Assembly: GCF_002113885.1 (NCBI RefSeq)
Contig: NW_018408761.1
Coordinates: forward strand, 2,034,555 to 2,098,554
Origin: Mizuhopecten yessoensis
Lineage: Eukaryota
Direction: 5' to 3'
DNA length: 64,000 nt
Numbering within the stretch: the stretch's first letter is position 1; each line of letters starts with the position of its first letter. The notes beneath the pieces were generated by a model. That model made no database searches and was not told the DNA's origin. It saw only the letters and a list, made by a program, of their open reading frames with translations. A program made the position numbers and the translations under genes. Shown here piece by piece: positions 1 through 28,013 of this stretch.

Positions 1-13517
<13,517 letters not shown>

Positions 13518-14159
13518 TTTGGTTTGAAATTTGTTGTGATATAAGCGGCTTACTTCTGTATCCAACAGAAGCTTAGATATTTACGGTTAATTCTACAAAG
13601 GCATCGTTTTTATTGATAAAATTGACAATGACATCTAATTAATTGGAAACTTATAATCAAATAATGGATAAAAGTAACGTGGATGAACTGATTTTTTTTT
13701 CAATTTTCTTTGACGTAAGCATTTAGACAATCAAGCATTTGTTTGACCTGGACTGTGGAGATTCAGCTGCTGCAACTGAAGAAGGAGCGCATCATAGATT
13801 TCTTTTTATAAATCATATGTTAACGTATTCAATGAACATGCGAAAGTTGATGCCGATATGTATTGAAATAGACATATTTGTCTTCTTATTAAGTAATCAA
13901 ACAAATTGCAAATAGTCTAATTGTAAAACAAACTTGTGACATCATATGCATTACATAGTTGATTAGCCTACTGACCGACACATTAAATATTGATAATTTT
14001 ATTTCGAGTACATATTCTGTGAGTTTTAGAACTTCAATTTTAAATTAATGTTTCAGAATTTGATTTCATGTGAAAATTGCATATGTATATTTAAGTTAAA
14101 GCCTGTATCTATTGTGAATGGTACTCTATTTATAATTCTGAACTGCATCACATGTGGAC
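13518..14159. promoter_or_regulatory. Divergent (bidirectional) promoter/5'UTR region, MCCC1 / CYP1-like
   Basis: Start codons of opposite-strand genes ~640 bp apart; YY1-like CAAAATGGCC overlaps the MCCC1 ATG. Confidence 0.55.
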
Positions 14160-17100
14160 ATGTCTAAAACTAATTTGACAGTGAAAGAATCGGAATTGAA
14201 CATTAGTTCCATGTTGGAGAGATTGTTATTCATGGGATCATCCTTATTGGAAGTGAACAGGTGGGTAGTTGTGATACTGTTTTCATTGAGCTTCATCTAT
14301 CTTTGGAAGAGGAGAAGTAAAACTAACTACCCACTTGGACCAAGGAAACTCCCTTTTGTTGGGTCCATTGATTACTTCAGATCAAAATCGCATCTAAGAT
14401 TGACAAATCTAAAGGACCGGTATGGTGATATATACAGTATCAAGACAGGCAATTACAACACAATAGTTGTTTGTAGTCTAGGAGGAATATTGGAGGGTCT
14501 TTCAGCTGGCCAAGAGCTTTTTTCTGGAAGGCCAGACTTCAAATCAAATGACTTATTATATTTAGGAAACCGCCAAAGAGGTATGTTATAGGACCTGGTA
14601 GAACTTGAAAAAAGAATTCTTATTCTGAAGACTTTTGATAAAAGAAAAAAAAAGTAACGAAGAAATAATCCTGCATGAATAACAGATCGACAGAATAATT
14701 TGACATAGTGATGTTCATTTCTCTGGGTTTTTTATGAAACATTATCTGACTCTCAGAATTAATCCAGATTCTCATTACATATTTTAAAACTATAGTTATA
14801 TGCTAGTGTACTTGTATTTTCATGTTCAGATGTACCTCAAAAATCACTGATGTCTCACTCTGAAACAAAGTTTAGTTTGAAAAGGAGCAGTTGATCAAAT
14901 GTACAATTTCCACCAATTAATCTAAACTATGAAAGGTAATGTTCTTATCTATTGTTTTTTTTCTTCATTTATAGGGATAGCAACAGCAGATCTGGGTTCA
15001 AAAACGAAAGTGAAGCGTCAATTTGTTCAGGACAGCATGGATAGCTATTGCTGCGCAGCAGATAATTGTGTTGAACAGAAAATAACAGACGAAATTATGA
15101 GTCTTATTTGTTACTTTCTTCAACAATCTGATCAGATCAAAGAATTTGACCCAGCAGAATGTTTTAAATTTGCTCATCTTCACATCATGTTAAAACTTGT
15201 GTTTGATGAACCGTACAGTCCAGATGATGACACCGTGGATGAGATGTTTGATTGCTTAGACTTGAGATTCTCTGCAGAAAAAAGAAAACTTAGCGATTAT
15301 TTTCCTATCCTTGCAACATTTAGTGATGATGAGTTTAAAGAAATGGGCGAAAAAAGCCTGAATTTATTGAAGCATCTCCGTCATTACTTAAACAAGCACA
15401 AGGACACGTATCATCCCAGTATCATACGAGATACTGTGGACCAACTCCTGTTATTTCTGGAAAATGATGAAGATAATGGTGAAATTGAGACTGAGGATAT
15501 TGATTATCTTCTCCTGACTTTAATGAGTTCAGGGTTTGGGGCAGTTCCAGCTCTGCTGACTTGGTTGTTAGGATATATGGTGGCCTTTCCAGAGATCCAA
15601 ATAAAAGTACAGAAAGAATTGGATGAGGTTGTTGGGAGAAAGCGTTTCCCTAATTTATCTGATCAGCCATATTTACCCTACACAACAGCTGTGATAATGG
15701 AGGTACAACGAATTGTAACCCTATTTCCTTTCCTGTTACCTCACAGAACCATGGACAGTTGCATATTCCAGGGTAAAAATTTTTGTTAGAAATATACAAA
15801 ATGTATTATAATTGGTAGAGTATACACTTGTCTGTATGTTGAATAATCATATAACATGTATGTCCATACTTTGAGCTATATTTAGTATTACACAAATTTT
15901 CAGAGGTAGAGCTTTCAGTTGTTGGTACAAAGGTACAGAGTGCTTATTTCATGATGAAGCTGAAGTACATGTGTATACACAACTTACTTTGTATGTGATG
16001 TCTACATGAATTATAATTAACTGTTCAGACTTTTTAAACTGCTCATTGAAGGCCTAAACAAATGAAGCATTTCAAGATTCACTTTCAAAATAATTTAATG
16101 TCATTAGGTGGATAAGGGAATACTTATATTTTATGAAATACTTAACAAAAGCTATAATTAATTTAGCATTACTTAACCTGTTTAAATAGGCTGAAGTGGA
16201 ATAGAAAAAATGGCTTTCAAAAGCATATGCTTTATAGGAAAACCATAAAACTGTTTAACTTTTGGCCTAGTTGAACTACCAATTTAACATTTATTCTAAA
16301 TGGTTCTCTTGCTTTTGTATAGGGTATGACATCCCAAAGGATACACTGATGCTGTTTAATGTCTGGAGTGTACACCATGACAACAGATATTGGAGAAACC
16401 CCGTACGGTTTGACCCCAACAGGTAGGTACACAAGGTAGTCGTACACATATCATATAATTCTGTACACCAGTAATAATAAAATTTCAATCTTGTGTTCTT
16501 CTCCTGTTTACTTTAAGAATTTCCATTATATTTATCTTGACATTTGGAACATTATTTTTAAATGCAACTTTAATCTATGTTTTTTCCTTAATGCCAAGAG
16601 AAGTTCTAAGTATTGTCTTTTATTTATGGTCTTTTAATTTTTCATTAGTGAACTTTTTCATGAAATTCAGGAAGACATATTATATCCCATTGAATTGGTA
16701 ATTGGGTATAAAATTGACCCCCAAATTGATAGTGGAAAGAAAAGCAATTGACATCAAAACATATACAGTCGAACCTCGTTATCTCGAAGTCGACAGGATA
16801 GTTGGGAAACTTCGAGTTATCCGAGTATTCGAGTTAAGCGAGTCCCTATGGTTGGCATAAAGCTTGGTAACACGTTTGGTCCAATATGAGGCTATATATG
16901 TCATTGATTTCTCTGACAATCAGTCGATAAATGACAAAAAGATAACTAAATAAAATAAAAAATAACAACTTATTCATTATCATATTCATTAATTAATTAA
17001 TGTTACAATAAACACACATTCTGTCTCCGACCTCGTGCTATGCTGATAGAAAATTGGATTGCTCAGTTGATTTCGACATTCCGAAATGGGTATGAGTTAA

Positions 17101-18065
17101 TCGGGAAACATATCCACATTTATAGACCCCAATGACACTTGACATCTCCTCAACATCTCCTCAACACGATGTAGTCAACAATAATTATCGTATTGTTCCT
17201 ATTATCTCTCAATTAATTATCAGTGCCATACAAGCTCCTGTAAAAACATAAACCAACGAACCAGTCCTAGGTTAAGATTTTTACTGTGGAGCTTATTTAC
17301 ACATGACCGCACACTGTGACCCATTTTCTGGTTAGAAAAGTGCCTTACGGGCTCGCAGTAAGTACTAATTGTTGTAAACCAACATTGATGAAGTTTGTTT
17401 CTTTATTTGTACAAAGTATTTTTACAGTCAAACACATTTTAATGCCATAAGTTTAATCGAAGTAATTATGACCGAGCGTAAGCTGCTCATTTAGAACTAT
17501 GTTTACCGTAGCACTGCGTCAAATATGTATCAAATAATTAAAGAATATATGATAGACTTGTGAATCTTAAGAAACGTTGAGTTAGGAGATATTTTTATGT
17601 AGGATTTACGTTGTTGGGACCGATGTTTCACTTCAGGATATCCAAGTTTTTCGTGTTTTCAGAGTTCGATTTATTCGATTTAAAAATTGCATACATTAGA
17701 ATTGAATTTGCCAATATGGGGATCCTTAACTTGGAAGTTTTCACTTTTATCTTGAAGATAAATAACCTTGAAAACAAAGCACCAAAACTAACAAGTTTCC
17801 ACTGAATACATTACATTTTGTGTTTTGTAGGTTTTTAAATGACAGTGGAGCATTGTCAATCCCTGATTTCTATCTGCCTTATGGGACTGGTGAGCGACGG
17901 TGTCCGGGGGAAAGTCTCGTTGACGTGGAAGCTTTCCTGTTTTTTACGCACCTCCTACACCAGCTGACATTTACACGTGGATCCCAGATCCCAAATCTGG
18001 AGGGAGAATACAATTATGTCATTAGTCCTAAGCCTTTTAAAATCACACTCGAAACCAGGGATTAA
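14160..18065 (+). CDS. Cytochrome P450, clan 2, CYP1-like; ~517 aa; atypical I-helix
   Basis: Exons 14160-14580, 14975-15772, 16323-16422, 17831-18065, all GT-AG and phase-consistent. TM anchor followed by YPLGPRKLPFVG, YGDIYSIK, FSGRPDF, IRDTVD, QKELDEVVG, LPYTTAVIMEVQR (ExxR), LPHRT, GYDIPKDT, FDPNRF, and heme motif PYGTGERRCPGE. Alternative in-frame ATGs at 14211 and 14232. The CYP1-like label is from motif resemblance only. Confidence 0.9.
16766..17730 (+). mobile_element. Tc1/mariner-pogo-like non-autonomous DNA transposon in CYP intron 3, right end degenerate
   Basis: TA followed by CAGTCGAACCTCGTTATCTCGAAG terminus with ttcgagtta subterminal repeats; degenerate gggacc...ttcaggatatcc...gagttcgat block near 17620-17680. 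Right boundary approximate. Confidence 0.6.
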
Positions 18066-19313
18066 AAATACATGTTATGCTATTTATGTTGACCGAACAC
18101 ATTCAAGGTCTTGTTCTTCAAAGACTTCAAGTTGTCAGTTAATTGAGTCAGTAACAAACATTTTGAAATAGGATATTTCAGAAACATCATGGAAAAATCT
18201 CAAACTTTTGTGTTTCTTTACTCGAGATAAGCTTTTGGAATGCCTATGCATACATATGCATACATTTGGCTCTGTTTGATTATTTTTGGAAATATATTTG
18301 ATATTTTAATTATTTGAGTAGACTTTTTGTAAAGTTAACCATGTTTAAACACTGGACCATGTTGTGTTTTATATTAGTGTGAATTGTAATTAGTGACCCA
18401 CCAGACACCCACCTTGTAGTAAGTCTGAAGAATTTCAGAGCTTATCTTTTTGAATGAATTGTTGTCATAATATTTTTTTCTATTTTCACACCAAATTCCC
18501 CAAAAGCTTTTGGTAATTTTTGTATGCAGCCATAAAAATAAAATAGATTTGAAATGCACCCCCAATGATATTAGACATTGCATTACACATTGATTCTGAC
18601 ATTGCATGACAATGGTTTGACATCATAACGGGCATGCATGGCATAACACTAGTACATGTCATTTTTGTACACATGCGTTAGCATACTACGAAAATTGCTT
18701 AACGTAGAATTGCACATTTGACACTAGCGACATCTATTTCCTTAAATGGAGTCCCTCTCCTTATAAGGAATCTGATATCTTTATATGGAATCCCATTCAT
18801 TATTTTTATTATTTATATGCAAATCCTTTTGCTGCGACACATAGCGGTTTCTGATAACATTTCATTCACAAAATAATGACACCATTTTTTGGTTAACCAA
18901 CGAATAGAAGCGAATGGTTTCCTCTGACCCGCTTACTGTAGTTATCGTTGTGTCTGCTGGTGAGTGTTGAGTTAAAAGTTTTGTGCAATATGTATATATA
19001 GCTGACATAGAAATATACTCTGTTACATACCCTTTTGTAACTCTTTTCATTGGGACAACTTTATATAAAACAAGGCTACCAAGAAGCAGTACATAATATG
19101 CCTGGCATGTACCAAGTAAACAGTTGTTTGTAGGATTGAAACATATAACACATTTAGAGGTTTTTGAACAGATGTTAAAGGAGAAATCGTTTTTGACTAC
19201 TGGTAGATGAATAGGTGGAATACTTTGTTATGGAACACATCAGGAATATGGCACCAAGAGGAATGATACTTCGTAAATTGTCATTATATAAGCAAATCCC
19301 ATAAAACCCGCTA

Positions 19314-19646
19314 GGTTTTATGGTAGATTTGCCAGAGGCCACTTGTAATTATATCAACAATAATTACATCCAGACAACCAGGGTTTTATGGGATTTGCCA
19401 GAGGCCACTTGTAATTATATCAACAATAATTACATCCAGACAACCAGGGTTTTATGGGATTTGCCAGAGGCCACTTGTAATTATATCAACAATAATTACA
19501 TCCAGACAACCAGGGTTTTATGGGATTTGCCAGAGGCCACTTGTAATTATATCAACAATAATTACATCCAGACAACCAGGGTTTTATGGGATTTGCCAGA
19601 GGCCACTTGTAATTATATCAACAATAATTACATCCAGACAACCAGG
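19314..19646. repeat. 66-bp tandem repeat x5 inside a probable non-autonomous element (~19284-19955)
   Basis: Unit gggttttatgggatttgccagaggccacttgtaattatatcaacaataattacatccagacaacca, near-identical copies; preceded by an inverted copy of the unit start. Confidence 0.9.
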
Positions 19647-22600
19647 TATTTTTTATATTTACATATTTTCATTTTTTAAGACATATTCCTATTAAAACCA
19701 TTTGCCCTGCCTCAAAATACATTTCAGGCGGCCATTTTGTTTGTTTACATATGTACATATTCCTACACCTGAAACAAGCAGTTGTAATTATAGTCGAGCA
19801 GTTGTAATTATAGCCTATATAATTACACTTGCCCTAACACTGTTGTAATGGGACGGCGCGGGGGCAAATGTAAATATAACAACGTTATCTGAGATTTTAT
19901 GGCAATTAACCTTCAAGTTGTTAGAAAAATTGAAGGTTAACAGTTAATTATAGTACAAAATATCAAAAAGACACTGTTATCTACATTGTAGGGACCATCA
20001 CTCCAAAACGTACGGTCTGATAATAGTTGTTCTTAAACTTGTCCCAGCTTTTATGGTACAATGTAAATAGCCTTGTCATGAAGTTTGAAGTTAATTTATT
20101 AAATATGACAAGAGACATTTAGCAGACACCCTAAACCAAGGGACATAACTCCATTATTTATAGTCAAATAATAATTATTACCAGGTAGCTGTACACCAAG
20201 GGACATAACTCCATTGTTTATAGTCAAATAATTGCAAATGCTGTACACCAAGGAGCATACAACCATTATTATTAATTACAGTTAAAAAAATATTTAGCAG
20301 AGTTTCCAAAGCATTTTTGATATTAAACCTTGTTATAAAGTTTGAAGTAAATAATATTGCAAGATGTAACAGAAACGAGGGAAATTAAGGGTCCATAACT
20401 TGAAAAAAATAATTAATTGGATGAAATGGTTAGTGGTTGTTGAACTTTTCCGATAGTATGTAGAACTTTTTGAGTTCCAGAGAAATGCTTCACTTCAGTT
20501 TTTAAGTACATGTACATGTGACTTATTTGACTTTAGAAGCAATATTTCATGGTTGTGCAATTTAACACTTATACAAACAACAGTATATTTATGATGTTGA
20601 AACTGTGTATGTGATAATTTTACTTAATGTTGATCATATTATAAACTTGCTAAATAAAAAAAAAATGCATAGTGAAAGGAATCATGAGAATGGTCTTGCT
20701 GGTATGTTTTGGTGCGGGATATTGGCTGATTTATGTTAGAAAACAACAACCAATTTGTATTGCTTTGATGGTACATGTACAGCAACATGTTGCTCAGTAC
20801 AAAGATAATTAATAATTTATCATATTTATGATGTTTTAAATTTATTTAGAATCTCATTAAAAACATGATGTTTTGTGAAATTATATAAGTTTAAGGATTT
20901 TGAATCTCTTTTTTGATGCAAATAAATATTTAAAATAATTTTGAGTGGTTTGTATGATTTCTGGTTTGTTATTTAAAAGTGAGTGAAATTATTGACATTA
21001 TTAAGGAATGTTTATTTTTGTTATCTGTAATGTGGTCTTCGGGTTGGTTTCACCAAAATAAACAATGTCAACTATTATTTAAAATCCTGTTTAACACTCT
21101 GACACAAATCGTTTCTGACGTTGGTAGTGCGGAACTATGCCTATTAAAACCATCCATGCCCAGCCTTTTATGAAAATCATTATGCTCATACATGATTCAA
21201 TTTTCTTATAACTCAATGAAATCATGCGATACGACCGAAAAGGTCTACGATATTGAAGACAGTTCGGCTTCAAACAATTTAATTTGAATAATTAGATAAT
21301 AGAATAAGGATCTGAGCTCGAACACAGAATCTGGGTTGGTGTATAATAATAGGGTTTTAAAGTGTAAAGGCTTCAGAACTTATGCCTGACTGGAAACTGG
21401 TTCAGTTGCACTTTAATTTTCGTTTATTTTTTAATTGTGTATCCCTTGAGTTTATTAACGTGACACAAATACTTCAATAGATTTTCCGGTAACATGTTAC
21501 GAAAGAAAAGACTTTCTATATTACTTTGCCATATATGTTCCCTGCCGCGATTCATTGACTAGTGATACACCAGTTTGTGAAGTTTTTCTTGGAAAACATT
21601 TTCAATCTTTCTGATGTCATTTTTTCGACAAGGTTGCAATTATTTGACACTTGACCAGTAACCGTACCGCGTGACGTTAACCTTGCCACCATATCACGCA
21701 TGGGAATGACCCCAGAAAACACTGATACACGAGTTGTACGGGACACGCTGCTCAAACATGATATACATTTAACCATGAAGATTCGTCAGAACACAATATT
21801 TATTGTTGGGCTACAGGCTAACATGAAACTAATCTGACATTTAACATTTTTCTGTGAACTTTACCCACTGATGTACACCAGGATTACTTATCAAGCTTTT
21901 CTGAAGTTATGGCATGAACAAGAATTTACAAAGATATATGACCTTTGATCCAGTTGTTGTGACCTTGTTTTCGGGATATGACCCTCGGAGGTGTACGCAC
22001 CACGAAAGCTAATACATCCGTCTATAAAGACTCATACAAGATTAGAAAATGATACCGAGCCGTACATAAGTTAAAGCCTGGACAAATGTGATAATGATTT
22101 GTCCATTTAACCCTTCCTATAAATTAAGCTTCACCTTTGGCTATGGACCCTGTCGTGATATACCTGGTATTTATGCAAAATGTTACACAAAGATAAGGGA
22201 AGTTCAGAATTAAGTTATGGTAAGAGGCGGACAAGAATATAAATCGAATGGACGGGCAAATATATAATCCATCCTATAATTAGAATATAACCGCTCACCG
22301 GAATATTATATTGATTATGGTTTTTAATGACGAAGAAATTATTGATTATTATGATATCAACACAATCAAGAGAGTGTGGGACCTTACTCGTTCTTATCTT
22401 GGGACGTGTTTATGTGAGGGTATAATATTTGGATATTGTATGGCTATTCTCTTTCAATTGGTCACTTTTGCAGTCGGTCATTTATTGCGTCATACTACTT
22501 GAATACCTACTTATCCAACGGTAACCCTGATAATATTATCCACACTAGACAGGTGGAGTTAAACAACAGGGGTACAATGTCTTGTTGAATGACAAACAAG

Positions 22601-23413
22601 CAACGTATCCAAACTTACGACCTTGTGATCAAGACACCGTGGCATTACCAACTGTGCCACGCTGCGTTACCGGAGTATTCGTATTAAATATCCCCAGATT
22701 GTGCTGTTAACCTGATCACTAGTACCAAATATGATTGCGGTTAAATCACCTCGCATTCACGGTTAAGAAATATCTAGATGTGAATAAAACCTGGTAAAAA
22801 ATAGTTTATATTTTCTCAGTCACGTCCATTAACCTACATAATAAGAGTGCATTTTATGTTGTTGAGTGTCCCATCTAGACGATAAAGAATACTTTTTTCG
22901 CGGCCCAACGTCCCAGCGTATGTGTGTAGGTACGAAAATGTGTATATGTGTCGTGGTCTGAAGACAATTCACATCTATGCTCACGAAATCAGTTATCACG
23001 TGTATATATATATAACTTTGCAATTAAAGGTTTGATTCCGTCTGCGATTAAACTGATCACATATCTACCAGAAGATATACAATAACATATACATATTTGG
23101 CCATCATGTAATGGATATTTTGTCAATAATTAATGTATTTTGTATTTAAAATATCAGTGTGTAATTTGCCGCGGAAATATGAGCTGCAAAATAAAAATGG
23201 ATCTAATATATCAGTTGTATAAAAACCTAGAGAAATATTTAGTACAGGGTGATGTTTGTAAGTAAAACATGTCCCGACTGCGGCTAGCTATTGGTATGAA
23301 ATTGTATGACAGAACAAAAGACATGTCATCTAGAAAAATATACGAAGGCAAAGCAAGTATTGAACTAACAATAATTAATTTGGTAGACATAGTGAAATGG
23401 TGATTTCTGTATA

Positions 23414-26400
23414 CCTTGACTTTTCACTTAAAATCCTTGACCTTAAACACATTATCCTTGACCTTCGAAACACAATCATTGACATTTAACACATTATCCT
23501 TGACCTTAGCCACACAAGCATTGACATTTAACACATTATCCTTGACCTTAGACACACAATCATTGACATTTAACACATTATGCTTGACCTTAGCCACACA
23601 ATCATTGACATTTGACACATTATCCTTGACCTTAGCCACACAACCATTGACATTTAACACATTATCCTTTACCTTAGCCACACAATCATTGACATTTAAC
23701 CCATTATCCTTTACCTTAGCCACACAATCATTGACATTTAACACATTACCCTTGACCTTCGACACATAATCATTGACATTTAACACATTATCCTTGTCCT
23801 TAGCCACACAATCATTGACATTTAACACATTACCCTTGACCTTCGACACACAATCATTGACATTTAAAACATTATCCTTGACCTTAGCCACACAATCATT
23901 GACATTGACCACAGTATCATTGACCTTCGACACACAATCATTGACATTTAAAACATTATCCTTGACCTTAGCCACACAATCATAGACATTTAACACATTA
24001 TCCTTGACCTTCGACCCACAATCATTGACATTTAACACATTATCCGTGACCTTCGACACACAATCATTGACATTTAACACTTTATCCTTGACCTTCGACA
24101 CACAATCATTAACTTAACCCATTATCCTTGACCTTCGACACACAATCATCTACATTTAACACATTATCCTTGACCTTCGAAACACAATCAATGACATTTA
24201 ACACATTATCCTTGACCTTAGCCACACAACCATTGACATTTAACACATTATCCTTTACCTTAGCCACACAATCATTGACATTTAACACATTATCTTTGAC
24301 CTTAGCCACACAATCATTGACATTTCACACATTATCCTTGACCTTAGCCACACAATCATTGACATTTAACACATTATCTTTGACCTTAGCCATACAATCA
24401 TTGACATTTAACACATTATCCTTGACCTTCGACACACAATCATCTACATTTAACACATTACCCTTGACCTTCGACACACAATCATTGACATTTAACACAT
24501 TATCCTTGACCTTCGACACACAATCATTGACATTTAACACATTATCCTTGACCTTAGCCACACAATCATTGACATTTAACACATTATCCTTGACCTTCGA
24601 CACACAATCATTGACATTTAACACATTATCCTTGACCTTCGACACACAATCATTGACATTTAACACATTATCCTTGACCTTAGCCACACAATCATTGACA
24701 TTTAACACATTATCCTTGACCTTCGACACACAATCATTGACATTTAACACATTATCCTTGACCTTCGACACACAATCATTGACATTTAACACATTATCCT
24801 TGACCTTAGCCACACAATCATTGACATTTAACACATTATCCTTGACCTTCGACACACAATCATTGACATTTAACACATTATCCTTGACCTTCGACACACA
24901 ATCATTGACATTTAACACATTATCCTTGACCTTAGCCACACAATCATTGACATTTAACACATTATCCTTGACCTTCGACACACAATCATTGACATTTAAC
25001 ACATTATCCTTGACCTTCGACACACAATCATTGACATTTAACACATTATCCTTGACCTTAGCCACACAATCATTGACATTTAACACATTATCCTTGACCT
25101 TCGACACACAATCATTGACATTTAACACATTATCCTTGACCTTCGACACACAATCATTGACATTTAACACATTATCCTTGACCTTAGCCACACAATCATT
25201 GACATTTAACACATTATCCTTGACCTTCGACACACAATCATTGACATTTAACACATTATCCTTGACCTTCGACACACAATCATTGACATTTAACACATTA
25301 TCCTTGACCTTAGCCACACAATCATTGACATTTAACACATTATCCTTGACCTTCGACACACAATCATTGACATTTAACACATTATCCTTGACCTTCGACA
25401 CACAATCATTGACATTTAACACATTATCCTTGACCTTAGCCACACAATCATTGACATTTAACACATTATCCTTGACCTTCGACACACAATCATTGACATT
25501 TAACACATTATCCTTGACCTTCGACACACAATCATTGACATTTAACACATTATCCTTGACCTTCGACACACAATCATTGACATTTAACACATTATCCTTG
25601 ACCTTCGACACACAATCATTGACATTTAACACATTATCCTTGACCTTCGACACACAATCATTGACATTTAACACATTATCCTTGACCTTCGACACACAAT
25701 CATTGACATTTAACACATTATCCTTGACCTTCGACACACAATCATTGACATTTAACACATTATCCTTGACCTTCGACACACAATCATTGACATTTAACAC
25801 ATTATCCTTGACCTTCGACACACAATCATTGACATTTAACACATTATCCTTGACCTTCGACACACAATCATTGACATTTAACACATTATCCTTGACCTTA
25901 GCCACACAATCATTGACATTTAACACATTATCCTTGACCTTCGACACACAATCATTGACATTTAACACATTATCCTTGACCTTCGACACACAATCATTGA
26001 CATTTAACACATTATCCTTGACCTTAGCCACACAATCATTGACATTTAACACATTATCCTTGACCTTCGACACACAATCATTGACATTTAACACATTATC
26101 CTTGACCTTCGACACACAATCATTGACATTTAACACATTATCCTTGACCTTAGCCACACAATCATTGACATTTAACACATTATCCTTGACCTTCGACACA
26201 CAATCATTGACATTTAACACATTATCCTTGACCTTCGACACACAATCATTGACATTTAACACATTATCCTTGACCTTAGCCACACAATCATTGACATTTA
26301 ACACATTATCCTTGACCTTCGACACACAATCATTGACATTTAACACATTATCCTTGACCTTCGACACACAATCATTGACATTTAACACATTATCCTTGAC

Positions 26401-28013
26401 CTTAGCCACACAATCATTGACATTTAACACATTATCCTTGACCTTCGACACACAATCATTGACATTTAACACATTATCCTTGACCTTCGACACACAATCA
26501 TTGACATTTAACACATTATCCTTGACCTTAGCCACACAATCATTGACATTTAACACATTATCCTTGACCTTCGACACACAATCATTGACATTTAACACAT
26601 TATCCTTGACCTTCGACACACAATCATTGACATTTAACACATTATCCTTGACCTTAGCCACACAATCATTGACATTTAACACATTATCCTTGACCTTCGA
26701 CACACAATCATTGACATTTAACACATTATCCTTGACCTTCGACACACAATCATTGACATTTAACACATTATCCTTGACCTTAGCCACACAATCATTGACA
26801 TTTAACACATTATCCTTGACCTTCGACACACAATCATTGACATTTAACACATTATCCTTGACCTTCGACACACAATCATTGACATTTAACACATTATCCT
26901 TGACCTTAGCCACACAATCATTGACATTTAACACATTATCCTTGACCTTCGACACACAATCATTGACATTTAACACATTATCCTTGACCTTCGACACACA
27001 ATCATTGACATTTAACACATTATCCTTGACCTTAGCCACACAATCATTGACATTTAACACATTATCCTTGACCTTCGACACACAATCATTGACATTTAAC
27101 ACATTATCCTTGACCTTCGACACACAATCATTGACATTTAACACATTATCCTTGACCTTCGACACACAATCATTGACATTTAACACATTATCCTTGACCT
27201 TCGACACACAATCATTGACATTTAACACATTATCCTTGACCTTCGACACACAATCATTGACATTTAACACATTATCCTTGACCTTAGCCACACAATCATT
27301 GACATTTAACACATTATCCTTGACCTTCGACACACAATCATTGACATTTAACACATTATCCTTGACCTTCGACACACAATCATTGACATTTAACACATTA
27401 TCCTTGACCTTAGCCACACAATCATTGACATTTAACACATTATCCTTGACCTTCGACACACAATCATTGACATTTAACACATTATCCTTGACCTTCGACA
27501 CACAATCATTGACATTTAACACATTATCCTTGACCTTAGCCACACAATCATTGACATTTAACACATTATCCTTGACCTTCGACACACAATCATTGACATT
27601 TAACACATTATCCTTGACCTTCGACACACAATCATTGACATTTAACACATTATCCTTGACCTTCGACACACAATCATTGACATTTAACACATTATCCTTG
27701 ACCTTCGACACACAATCATTGACATTTAACACATTATCCTTGACCTTCGACACACAATCATTGACATTTAACACATTATCCTTGACCTTCGACACACAAT
27801 CATTGACATTTAACACATTATCCTTGACCTTCGACACACAATCATTGACATTTAACACATTATCCTTGACCTTCGACACACAATCATTGACATTTAACAC
27901 ATTATCCTTGACCTTCAACACACAATCATTGACCTTTAACACATTATCCTTGACCTTCGACACACAATCATTGACATTTAACACATTATCCTTGACCTTA
28001 GACACACAATCAT
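23414..28013. repeat. 42-bp satellite, ~109 copies, 21-bp sub-repeat, 126-bp higher-order trimer
   Basis: Unit acattatccttgacctt(cga/agc)cacacaatcattgacatttaac; mostly one TTAGCC monomer followed by two TTCGAC monomers; homogeneous core and diverged left edge. Confidence 0.97.

Noticed and set aside
14160-18065. CYP1-like gene as a pseudogene
   Set aside because: Full-length uninterrupted frame, canonical splice sites, and intact heme Cys, ExxR and PxRF motifs.
19320-19679. 119-aa repeat ORF (DLPEATCNYINNNYIQTTRVLW)n
   Set aside because: Translation of the 66-bp tandem repeat; no splice or gene context.
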